A stretch of DNA of 64,000 bases, taken from the NCBI GenBank assembly GCA_964106915.2, contig OZ066917.1; one strand, given 5' to 3'. This document shows positions 1 through 11,600 of this stretch, piece by piece; position 1 is the first letter of the stretch; the number at the start of each line of letters is the position of its first letter. The notes beneath the pieces are model-generated. The model saw nothing but the letters and a program-made list of their open reading frames with translations, was not told where the DNA came from and searched no databases. This DNA is from Podarcis gaigeae. Lineage: Eukaryota. The translations under genes were made by a program, and so were the position numbers.

Positions 1-2958
1 CAGAGACCAGTGTATTTGAGAAATATGGTTTATTTTACACATATTTACAACCTAGGTTTTGTTGGAGAAATAATTCATAGGATATACATCCCAAGAGAGG
101 TTTCTCTTTCTCAGCAGTGCAGCATTACATCCCGAGGCATCCTAAGTGTCATCCCTATATCTCTCTGTAGTAGTCTGCTATAGCCAGCCAGCATTTCTGC
201 TGCCCTTCAGTCCCCGCATGAAGTTCTGCCCACTTCCTGCTCCTTTACCCAGAACCCTTGCTCCCAAACCTCTGTTTTAAACCTCTGTAGTGACATCATG
301 CCCCCTGTTACCCTGGAAACCTCCCCCTTGCACTTCTTCTGTTCTGTCCAGTTCTCAGTCAGGGAAAGGACGGTATCTGCATGGTCAAATTGTTCTTAAT
401 AGCCTATTACTTAGTTCTCCTCAGTTGTCCTTGTGCAATCTCCTGAACAGGAGAACAGGTTCAGCCTCTATTTTTCCCTGGCCTGACATCTTCCCTTTAT
501 ACTCCCCAAACCAGCTAAATTCTACCTCCTTACTACATCTAGGATTATGGGGAGTCTGCAGCCACCCACACATTTGTAACAATATGTTCAAAACCCACCT
601 CATCTGAAAGCTCTTCATACTTCATTTATATTGCAAAGTGGAAAGTTTTGTTTAGGTTTGGCACTTCCCTTGGGAGGAGTGAGGACCGAGGGTGACTTTG
701 CAGACATCTGTTTATTTACAGTATATAAACGGAGGAAGACGTTATAAGAATGCAATAGGAGGAAACAAGCAGGCACTGCTAATTCCACAACAATATTTAG
801 TGTAGGTTAAGTATCAGCAAGAGGGATCAAGATGGATTAAAAGGTGCTTGATCCACCTGAAACAAAAATCTGATGATTGACAAAAGCAAATTTATTCAGA
901 AGGTGTCTTGCAATCATGAGCTGAAGGTGCCATGCGATGGTAAATGCACAAACTTCCCTGGGCAGTCTGTTTTAGCATCATCTCCATCACTGAAACAAAG
1001 TCTCTTTGTGTTTTAAATTTGTTCAGCGTTACCCACAGTATGGATACTATCATTTAATCTGCAGTGTCTTGTACCTTCATTAATTTTCCATTATTATCAA
1101 TCTGATTATCTCCACTAAATATCTAAATCTCCCTTCCCACACTTTCCCCCTCCTCAGTCCAGATATTCTCATTTCCTCTCCTTTTTGCAGTATCCCTCAT
1201 ATGAGAAAATCCTGACTGTGGGAGAGGATAGTGTGGGAAGATGGTGGTTTGGAAGAGAACATCATATGGACAACAGAGAATTAGTGGAGGTGCAGGAAGC
1301 TTATTATCCACATTAAACGACAATGTGGATGAGCACAGAATGTCAGCCTCTGCAGGAGTTCCTTACTTGATCTTTGTCAATTCGTGTGTATTTTCTCTTT
1401 CTGTATTTGGGTCAGAAGCAGCAAACATCTGGTCAGCATTCCATACTTTTTGCCTCTGACATCACGTCATATTATTAGGGAGACTGAGTTTGTCAGACAC
1501 TAATATAAAATATTTGTTCCAAGGTCCTCTAGATTCCACAGCTAGACTAGTTACCGAGTTGCAAATTACATGACAATTTGGTACTAGGGATCTGCTAGCA
1601 CACATGGTGTGCCTCCTATGCACAATTATTGTAACAGGGGAAAAATGCATTTCAGATTAGAATGAGATGCATTGTATTTACTCTGGATCATACTGGACAG
1701 CAGGCAGCATTGTATAATCATCATGAAAGAAGCTATTGTAAATCATATTCTTCAGGGACAAAAAAATGCTGCTAGCTGAATGTGAGGCCTCAACCATTAT
1801 CTTGCATCTGCAATTTTTACTTACATTTGGTTTGGCTTTGCTCTTTATGTAAAGTAAAAATATAAAACGATAAAATGAGAAATATGTTGGTATGACTAAA
1901 AAATGAAGCTTGGACCAAACAGGTAGGTAAGAAGTGTCAGGCAGGTGGTTAAAAAAGCATTTTGCTAAGCTCTACCCATGATTCAAAACAATAAAAAATA
2001 ACCCAATGCAAGCACAGAGCTACTACATTTCCTTGGATTTTTTAACTATAGTTGGAACATGCTCATTGACTGTACTGGGTGGAAGGTTTGAGGCCTGTTA
2101 AGCATTCTCATGAAAGTGTTTAGTGAAAAGTGTTTTGCCCTGGAGTGTGGCATTTAACCTCTTAAACCTATTCAAGTAAATTACAGCAGGATCATAACAA
2201 ATTACTCCCACTGGACAAGGAGAGGGTTGTTTATAAATCTCCTTTTGCTGGCAAAAGAAAGTGTTAATCTGGCATAGTAAATTTACACAGGGTGTAGCAA
2301 TGCTTCTGTACTAGCAGTATGCTACATCTGGAGATCTCCCCTCTCAGCCACATAAGAAGATAGGATTCTGACTAACTTTGGCCAATCCTAACAAGGGTAT
2401 AGAAGGCCCAGCAAGGGAACATAGCTCATGGGACAAGACCACATAGCATGAGGCTACATTATTCTGCATCTGTATTTATCAAATTAAGAACCTACAAGCT
2501 GGAACTTTGGTAAAAGGACCGCAATGCACAGAAACCCCGTAGGAACATCTTCTGTGCTTGCGACTGTGTAGTTAAGAGTCTCTTTTTCTGGAAGGAAGCC
2601 AGGTTCTATTCCTATTGCTTCTGCTTTTTCCCATGTGATTGCCAGCAAGTCACTCAAAAGATACATTTGGCCTTGTGGAGATCACATTTGCATTTTTCAT
2701 GAGTTTGAATCAAACCATCCGCTTGCTTCTGATTGCATTGCGCCTTCTCACAGACCTACTAGCAAGTATTGTCTACTGTAAGCTTGCTACTGTAGTGCAT
2801 TCTTCCTTGTTTATGTGTTCCAACTGAAATGTCCGGGAAAATCCAGACATGTGACAACCCAACTTTTGTGTCCGGATTTTCACTTTTTGAAATATGGGAA
2901 CCCTACTTTACAGACACCAACACAAATACATTGAGTGCAGAATCATCTTCCCTGCTGT

Positions 2959-3616
2959 GGGGTCTGAGCCCTTTAGGAGAAGGCCTGTTGCCGGGGGGCC
3001 ACTAGGTGGCGCATCGGAAGATGGCTGACAATAACATCTCTCCGACCCACCGAGGTAATTTGGAGGCTATGATGGGGGTAATTAGCCTCCTTAACCCCCC
3101 CAGGATTGTGGGGGGGACGGCCCTTTCCTGCTGTGCCCTATACCACCCCCGAATTTGTGGGGGTGGGGGCACTAGGCACAAAGCCCTCCTGTGGGATTTT
3201 TGGCACTCCTTGACGCCGTCCCTGATTCGCGCCGCTGGTTGCAATGATCTTTAAAATAAACAATTTGGACGAGATTAATTGCACATACATCAAGGAAAAA
3301 GGGGAGTAAAGACTGCTGACAGAAGAGATCTCTGATAACAAGACAAGAATAAAATATGAGAAGATACGTCAAGATACGGTACGATATATCTGGTGGGACT
3401 GCATGGAGATTCAAATGTTCCAGTATGTGTGTGTGAGTTTTTGAAGAAATCTCTAGGATTACAAAGCAAAATGTCCCAGCATCTTCAACACTGGCCTTAT
3501 TATGTTTGTTTGTTTGATGGATGGAAGCTGTATAAGAGAAACACCTTGCTGTTGTGTGCTTCAAATGTAGCCTACTTATAAAGGGGTCTGAGCACTTTAG
3601 GAGAAGGCCTGTTGCC
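2959..3616 (+). mobile_element. ~590-bp insertion bracketed by 34-bp direct repeats (2959-2992, 3583-3616); L1-like fragments inside
   Basis: GGGGTCTGAGC[C/A]CTTTAGGAGAAGGCCTGTTGCC occurs twice with 1 mismatch. The 3' half translates to a degenerate IWWDC...VFEEISRIT, resembling the L1 ORF2 C-terminal Cys region. Confidence 0.55.
2999..3012 (+). promoter_or_regulatory. Candidate CTCF site CCACTAGGTGGCGC
   Basis: Near-perfect match to the CTCF core consensus. Confidence 0.55.
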
Positions 3617-4419
3617 TACAGGTTCAATGTGTTGTACTTCTGTCCTCTGGACTATAGGAATCATTGCTGCTATTTCTTATTAATTAATTACTAATACTAC
3701 CACTACTACGAGAATGGCACCCATTGCCCTGACTTTTCCCATCAAATGGGATACTTGAAGGCTGCTACTGACTTTTTTGACGGGATTCAAGCCCCTAAGT
3801 GGAAAAGCTGTCCTCCAAACAATGAGCCATGGAGGCTCCTGAATGAGCAGTTCTTCTCAGTGTGTTCATTCATCATGCACTGGAGGAGATGCAGAATGGA
3901 TGCTGTAACAACACATCATCATGGCATCCATGACACCAATGTGTTTGGTGTCTTCTGTGTATAGATACTATTTGGTGGTCATCAGTGATGGTGGACTTGT
4001 GGAGGCTGTGGGAATGCCTGTTAATGTTGCTACTTTATCTCATTTCTTTTGATATTGTTTTTCTTTCTACTTTGCTGCTGGGAGTGTAGGGTTGTGACTA
4101 TTTTATGCCATAATTACACCAGCCTAGCTAGTGGTGCTGTGGCTGCTGGCAGCAGCATTGCATTCTTTTTTTGCCGCCCAGGGTCAATAGAACCCACTGC
4201 GCCAGTCCAGCCCTCACCAGGTATTAAAACTCATGAATGTGGGGAAAGAAAGCAACAAAGCTGTTTCACATAGGATGCTATAAAAATCACAAAGGCCATG
4301 GCCTAACACAATTCATAATGTTTTTGCTCACTAATTTCAATGAAATTAAATATTCTTGAATTAGTGCTGTATTGTGACCAATTAAAAAATGATTACTGTA
4401 TAGCAAAATCCTTAATTAG

Positions 4420-4555
4420 AGCCAGTGTGGAACCTGTGGGCTTCCAGATGTTGTTGCACTGCAACTCCCATCAGCCCTAGCTATCATGGCCAACAGTTAG
4501 GGATGTAAGTTGGGAGTCCAATGACATTTGGAGGGCTACAGGTTCTCCAGGCCTG
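4420..4555. mobile_element. Degenerate palindromic hAT-type MITE
   Basis: ccagatgttg...caactcccatc...ggatg...tggagggc hairpin core shared with the copies at 22608 and 35449. Confidence 0.6.
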
Positions 4556-4682
4556 TCCTCATTGCCCTCACCTGTCCTGCTCTAAGTCATGAACCTTCTA
4601 CTGCCAATCTTTTGTTGCAAAACAAATCCTTAAGTGGGAGGAGAGGGAAGACATCTAAACGAGATTTTGAGCTATATATATA

Positions 4683-4936
4683 AAGGTAAGGTTAAAGGGA
4701 CCCCTGACCATTAGGTCCAGTCGTGACCGACTCTGGGGTTGCAGCACTCATCTCGCTTTATTGGCTGAGGGAGCCGGCGTACAGCTTCCGGGTCATGTGG
4801 CCAGCATGACTAAACCACTTCTGGTGAACCAGAGCAGCGCACAGAAACGCAGTTTACCTTCCCGTCGGAGCGGTCCGACCTTCTGATCAGCAAGTCCTAG
4901 GCTCTGTGGTTTAACCCACAGCGCCACCCGCGTCCC
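4683..4936 (-). mobile_element. Sauria SINE (POM/Squam1-type) with internal ~100-bp deletion
   Basis: Reverse complement of the element at 59741; ACCTTT-type tail; flanked by GCTATATATATA repeats (4671-4682, 4940-4951). Confidence 0.9.
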
Positions 4937-4941
4937 ACTGC

Positions 4942-4966
4942 TATATATATATATATATATATATAT
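4942..4966. repeat. (TA)n microsatellite
   Basis: Read directly from sequence. Confidence 0.95.
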
Positions 4967-6312
4967 GGTCAAATGGTGTAAATGTTTCCATTTGCAGGTG
5001 TCCTCTAGATTTAGAATCCAGTTTACTAGCAGAAAACTAGAACTATGAAAATGTTCTAAGGGTCTGTGGGGAGGTACGGTAGTTTAGATTTTATGGTATA
5101 GTGGTGTCTAGGCTGTATTGCACCATAATATTATGTTTCTATTCAGTTCATGCCAAAAACTATCTTTTTTCTGCAACCAGGTGCCAGACGTATAAAAGAG
5201 AGCAGCTACCTAATTGTTTCAAAAACTATGAAGAAAGCATGCAAACTAATGACAGAAATGAGGGTAGAACTCAGGGTGCATGTGTAGAACAGTTCAGAGA
5301 GCAGTTGAAAAACAGAGGACACTTGATCACCATATTGAACAGATAGGAAAACACTATAAGGTATTCCTGCTGGTGGGACTCTACCCTCCAGCAGACACAG
5401 GTGAGTATGGACTCCAAGTGCAATTCTTAGCAGACACTTCTTGCTTGCAGTCACATCTGACTATGGTTTAGGTATTAGTTTGAAAAAGTTATTCCAGCTC
5501 CTGTTTACTTGAATATTAAATAAAATAACTGAATGGAATCCCTGCACGTGCATTCCAACTAGCAAGATGTTTTTAATTCCAACTCATGTCCAGGAAGATA
5601 ACAAAATAACATCATAAGCTACAGAATAAAAAGATGACAGAAAGCACAATGGGTGTGAGGTAAAGCCAAAACAGTAATGTTAGGATTGAAACGTGAGCCA
5701 CTATATGTAACATATTTTTCCCAGGTCTAAGAACGTAAGGAGTCTGTGAAATTTAAAAGTGCTGAGTACAAATGTAGTCTGAAGACATTTATGCATCTTG
5801 CCAAGATGAGGCAGATGCCCCACTGCTTATTATTATTTTAAAATAATAGTAACAAAGAGGGACGAGTCCTCTCAATCTGGCGGAACACAGCAACAGCACT
5901 CCTCTCGGCTCTTTTACACCCAGCACTACTTCTGCTCTTTTCAGAGCTGTTTCCGGTGGCTTTGTCCAGACGACGGAGATGTGCAGAATAATTTCCTCTG
6001 GCGGTGATGATGATGCGCAACGCCTGTCTATCCAGCCCGCGCAGTGAGAGGACGCTCCAGCCGATAACGCCCCGAGGCCTTTAAAGGGCTCTTGCCCAGT
6101 TTCCCCAGGTTTGCAGCCGCTGTAACTGAATCCCATTTCCCCCTCTCTTCAGCAGCCCGGCCGGAGCTTCTCTTCTCTTTCTTTCTCCCTCTTTCTCTTA
6201 CCGCCCCACCCACGCGTCAGCCTTTGGCTGGCCCCTGGGACGGAGGCGAAGGGGAGGGGAGAGGAAGGGGAGGGTCAATTCTGTTTCTCCCCCCCCTCCA
6301 AGCACGAAAAGG

Positions 6313-6320
6313 TGACGTCA
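6313..6320. promoter_or_regulatory. Full palindromic CRE (TGACGTCA), CREB/ATF site
   Basis: Exact consensus inside the CpG island, upstream of the presumed TSS region. Confidence 0.65.
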
Positions 6321-6749
6321 TTATCCGGGCTCTCCGCGGCGGCGCTCTTCGCACCGCGGGTCACAATGGAGCCAAAACGGAGCCCAACCGAAATGAAACG
6401 GCCGTGCTAGTTGCCCCCGCCTCAGTGAGCGCGGCCTGGCCCAGCTTAAGCCAGGCCCCGCTCGGCCGCCGTCAGCGCCCGTCCCTCACCGACGCGGGCG
6501 CCGCTCCGCCCCCTCCCCCCCACCAGGGAGAAAGCCCCTCCCCACACACATCGCCCCCTCAGCAGCAGCGACCCCCGTCCCCGCTGCTCTCCGCCCATAC
6601 AAGGCAAGGCGTAAACTGGTGCCTGCTCAGCCTCGGGAACACGGAAGGGGGCAAGTGGGAGTGACGGACTGCCTGACACGCAGGAAAGGGAGGGGGGTCA
6701 CGCTAGCCGCCGCGGACGCTGTTTGGGTGGCGGGGCCGGCACCGCTGCG

Positions 6750-7455
6750 TTGAGTCGGAGTCTGCGCCGCCGCCGCTGCTGCTGCTGCTGCTGGCCGAAC
6801 CCTGCTAGAGCCGCCATATTGCCCGGGACACAGACACACCGTCTCCGCCGCGCCTGTGCCTCGCGTCGCCGCTGCTCTCCGTCCCCTCCTCTTCCGCAGC
6901 CGGGCTCTCCTCCGTTGCCTCGCCGAAGAGAGGAGCCCCGTCTCGTCGCCCCCTCCCCGCTCCTCCTGCTCCCCTGCCCTCCTCCGAGGCACTAGGCGCA
7001 TATCGGCTCCTCCGTACTGGGAGCGACGGAGCCCCGCAGGCCCAGCCCAGCCGGAGCTTCCTGGCCAAGGCAGAGCGCAGCGGGCTCGGGCCTTGCCTCT
7101 GGGCGCCCAGCACTGCGGCCGTCGCCGGGAAGCGGCGGCCCCACCGAACAGCTGGTGACGCAAAACTAAAAGGGAAGGGAAAGGAGACTCGGCCCAGTTC
7201 GCGGCGTGTCGGGCGGCTCCCTGGGAGCAGTAGTAACGGCAGCGACTCGACTCCTGCCCGGCATGAGACACAGCCCCGCTGGTTGCTGCGGCTGCAGCCG
7301 CCTGGGATGAGAAACTCTTCAGCCACACCCGCTGCAGCCTCCTCCTCCTCCTCTCATCGCCAGCAGAGCCAACGGCGGCGGCGGCGCCCGGGAGCGGAGC
7401 GGGCCTCGGCACTAGCGCGAGGAGCAGCAGCGGAAACAGGGGACGCTGTGTGGGG
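6750..7455 (+). other. USP9X: Putative non-coding exon 1 of USP9X (boundaries uncertain)
   Basis: Lies inside the CpG island. Candidate donors are CTG|GTGACG (exon end 7154) and GGG|GTGAGC (exon end 7455). The TSS cannot be fixed from sequence alone. Confidence 0.45.
6811..6820 (+). promoter_or_regulatory. YY1 motif (CCGCCATATT)
   Basis: Matches CCGCCATNTT, typical just downstream of housekeeping TSSs. A second YY1-like AAAATGGC lies at ~7663. Confidence 0.55.
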
Positions 7456-8653
7456 GTGAGCGAGCTGGGGAAGGCGCTGGGGCTGCCATGGCCGCCGGCG
7501 GCGGCAGGGTGGGGGGCTAGGAGGAAGGGGGGCCACGCTGTGGGGAAAACAAGGGGGCTGAACCTGCGGGGTGGGGGCGCCTCGCCGTGTGTGTCAGCGT
7601 GTCTTGGGGGGTTGGGAAATTCCTGCCCGTGCGTGTGTCCGTGTGTTTTGGAGTGAGAAGGGAAAATGGCTGACGACTCCTCATTCTCTCTGCCCGGCCT
7701 GTCCTGGGCCTTGCGGGAGAATGGGGCGCGCACGCCCGGTATCCGCAGTCCCTGGGAGGGGGAAACAGGGCCCCGCAGAGCTGGCCGGCTTCTCGCCTGA
7801 CCCCCTTTCTCAAGTAGCCGGGGGAACGGGGCGGCGGAGGGAAGGGACTCCCGGCACAGCTTCGCCCGGCGTTTAGTTCCTTTTGAGTCTCGTTTCACTT
7901 CACGCCAAACGCCATTACTGAGGTGGAGTGATTGGAATCGTGTAGGCCTGGGCTACGCCAGGAAATAAGGCCCTGCTCAAGCTCTTTCTTTCTAAATCCG
8001 GTCTCAAACCGCCAGGCCCAGCGCATTCGCATTCCTTGTAAACATTATTGTCATGGGCGCAGGTGGGCTGTGTCATGGCTGCACTCCTGGTTTCCAGTAA
8101 GGCCGACGTGTTGCCGGATAAGCCCTCAGAATTCAACACCCTTTCTCCGTTAGCTTCCAGAAGATTATATTCTGGTTCATTGTGTAGTCCTGGTGATTTA
8201 AAACCCCTTACATTTTAGTTATTGTGCAAAATATGCGTTATAATTCAAATTATCTTGTTTGTCTTTTTTAAAAAAGACCTTTTTTTTCCTAACTCGGGAA
8301 CATATCTCCTAGATACGTTGTATGAATAATCGACATAGTTCCTTTTTGAACACAGGCTTGCTTTGTGAGATGCTTAAGCATTTTTAGGCTGCAATTTTAC
8401 CTTGATATAATTAGCATCTGGGCTCCCATTGATTTTAATGGAGAGGTGTGCAGTCACAGCAAATTTACTTGATGAATTTAGTTTTAATGTTATTGGGGTA
8501 GTTATTTTCAGACCATGTACAAAATGTGCCCTAATGTACATAGAAAAGGGACTGGAGAGTTACAAATCTATATACAATTGTGACTTAAGCCCCATTGAAT
8601 TCAGTGGGACTTCTGAATAAGCATGCAGATTGGGTGACATATGCAGTAAAGAA

Positions 8654-8696
8654 TCCAAGGGGTCATGAAGAGTCGGACATGATTAAACAACAACAA
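8654..8696 (+). mobile_element. RTE/BovB LINE 3' terminal fragment
   Basis: GGGGTCATGAAGAGTCGGACATGATTAAACAACAACAA resembles the BovB 3' end with (CAA)n tail. Confidence 0.6.
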
Positions 8697-11600
8697 AGGA
8701 TTTTCAAGACACCTCAAACTTGACTCGCACAACAGTCCTATGCATGCTTCCTTAGAAGCAAGCCTTACTGAGTTCAGTGGCACCTACTCCCAGTCTTAAA
8801 AGACATGAAGTAGTGTGCTGTTCTTTCCGCATCCTAATTTTGCACCGTATATTTAACATACAATATTGATACGAATAAGATTTGAATGGACTTCAACACA
8901 GACTTAAAAGTGGGGGTGTGGTTCAATACAGTTGTCACTATCTACTGAGTGAAGACATGGCCCCAATATCATTTAAGTTCATCAGGTTTTTGTGCTGCAA
9001 CTTCTGCTTGCAAATGTCTTCTAATTATGTTGTATTTAGCTTTTTTCATTTATAGCTAAGAAGAAATGTTTGGAAGAATGGGTTTTAAGAGTTCTGGACT
9101 TAGAGTTTTAATAATATGTACATCACTTCAGGAAATTGTGGATAAAACTTAGAAAATGCAGATTTTATTTGGTTGATTTGCACAAAAGGCACAGGGTGGT
9201 TTACAAGAAAGGAGATAGATAAAAAACACAAAAATCCATAAACATTACACAGTCCTTTAAAAAAATAAGGAATCACTGAATATCAATTACTAATAGCAGC
9301 AATCAGCTTTAATAATTTCTGAAGTTATTTATGAAATGCTTTCTCATTCTGCTCTTTGAAATCTCCTAAAGTGGTTGAACATTATTTTGAAAATTATGTT
9401 CAACTAGGTATTAGAATATGAAAAAGTATTTTCCATCACATCTGGAGCTAAAGGTGACATATAACTGAAATTTATGAATTGTTTGGAACAAAATTATATT
9501 ACTATAATGTGGAATAAGTTGCAAGATAATTTTTTCATGTGTTGATTGAAAAAATTACTCACACTTACTCTAAACATTTTTACTTGGAAGCAAATGCCAT
9601 TGATTTTGAATTGAGACTTTCTTCCAACTTAAAGTGCTACAAATACTTCTTTGGATGTATATCCATTTAAAATCAATTGATGTTTCTTCCAAATAATGTT
9701 TTGGCTGTACTATAAAAGCATACTTAAAAGATTGCAATAAGTTCCTTCATCTTTTAAACTTACTTGGTCTCCCCCACTCCTATGCTTTTCATAAATAGGT
9801 TTTAAGGCAGAAACATACAAATATATTCTGTGTTACTCTTTGTCTTTGCTTCACTTGCAGCCTGTTCAATGTCTCTCTGAATTTACCCTTCTAATAATGT
9901 TTTCCTATTACAGAAGGCCAGCATCTTAGAGGTCCAGTCATGGGAAAACAACTAAATTCTTTCCTTGTTAGAACATAATCATAAACATTATGATATATTC
10001 ACATTACAATGTCACCTTTATCTGCTTTGAGTACTTCATTGTGAAATGAAAAGAAGGGATACATTTCCTTGGGGAAATAAGAGGATCCTATATTATCATG
10101 ACTCATAGTTGTTTCAAAATGCTGGAATTGTTACAAGATCAATATTATAAATGCTAGTATCTGGAGTAAGAAATAGCTATCTGTGACAATAGTCAAGAAT
10201 ATGCATTCTTTTGTGGGATGGTAGCAGGTTTCATAACAGTTTCTGAAGAGTAACAGGTCGTTTATTGACTGGGTAGGACAAAAGTCATTTAAGACATCTG
10301 GTAACACTTTAGTGAAAAGGTTTTCTAAAGTGACATTTTAAAAGTTATTATTGAAATGGCAGTTTCAAGTATCATGTCTTGAATATTTGTTCTCTTATAT
10401 TGACTTTCAAAGATAGTTGAAAACCTTGGTATTTTTGTTGTAAACCTAGTATATACAACTTTTACAGGGAATACTTGCAGTTTTGTTCTCATTTGTATTT
10501 TTATGTCTTTAGAACTCTTGTTTGTCAAGCTGGTAAATTGTCATGTTTCAGCAGGAAGTATGTGTCTATGAAATTTCAGTGTATTTTTAAATTTTCTTCT
10601 TTTTGTTAAGAAAAGCATATCTGAGAGAGAACTTGCATACAAGTTTAACTATTCAAATATTTTGTCTTTTATTATTTTCAATGTATGCTCAGCTTGCATG
10701 CTTACAGTTCCAAGTCCAGTTGAGGTCAGTGGGACTCTGCTTGCCTAATTAACACGTGGATCCAAAATATACTTGGAAGCAAGTCCTTAAATTTAATGAA
10801 GTTTACTTTCAAGTATATGAATTTAATACTGCAGTTTAAGCAGGATGTCAGTATGTGCATTAGATAGGTCTTGGGGCAAGAGAACAGAAAATAACATGGT
10901 TCCCCCGCCAAGTAGGTTGGGTTGCTTTGTCATGAGATTGGGATAAAAAAGTGTCTCCTTAGAAATAGGGTCACTTACCATTTTGTAAAAATGCTGAAAA
11001 TTGTGAAGTGTAGAAGTTAAAACGTTTAACTACAATAATACTGCTACCATAGTCCAACTCTTGGGTCCCCATGTCAAGTTCTTTACGTCCTGTGGTTTAT
11101 GCTGCTTTTTCTGTATTATTATTTTTTAAACCAACCCAGTTCTATAGCTTTTCTGCAAAGGGTTGTTGATTCACAATTATTCGTGTTGATGCAAACTGAT
11201 TGCTGTCCTGTGCCCTTCTGCAGTCTATTTGTCTTTTGTTCAGTATGCAGTCTGCTTGTAGTTCTTTATCTACTTTTACATTGTGATTTGTAGTTATAGG
11301 AGTGTCAGTAAATGGTATCATATTGTTATTTTGTGTGCCTATGTTTTATTGGAGCTGTTACATTTATGGGCCTTGGCAGTTGGTGTTAATATTTATTTCC
11401 ATTACAGCTGTGGTTGTGTCTTTATACCCTGAAAGAGGGGGAAATTAAGGTTTTCGTGCACATATGGTAATGCTAATTACCCTTACTTTCATGATCTTCT
11501 GCCGTCACCCCACTCTGCAGCCTTTCTGCAGGGCCTTTCATGACTGAATTACAGTGGTGCCATTACACAAGAAGTTACTACACCTGTGCAATGGACACTT

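Larger units (their letters stand above)
6000..7950. promoter_or_regulatory. CpG island / promoter of USP9X
   Basis: Sharp rise in GC and CpG density against AT-rich flanks, with GC boxes, a CRE and YY1 motifs. It lies ~19 kb upstream of the first coding exon. Confidence 0.9.

Noticed and set aside
6627-7898. 423-aa antisense ORF, and other overlapping ORFs, across the CpG island
   Set aside because: Starts at GTG, is low-complexity and R/A/P/G-rich, and has no recognisable domain. Long ORFs occur in several frames here, as expected from stop-codon scarcity in GC-rich DNA.
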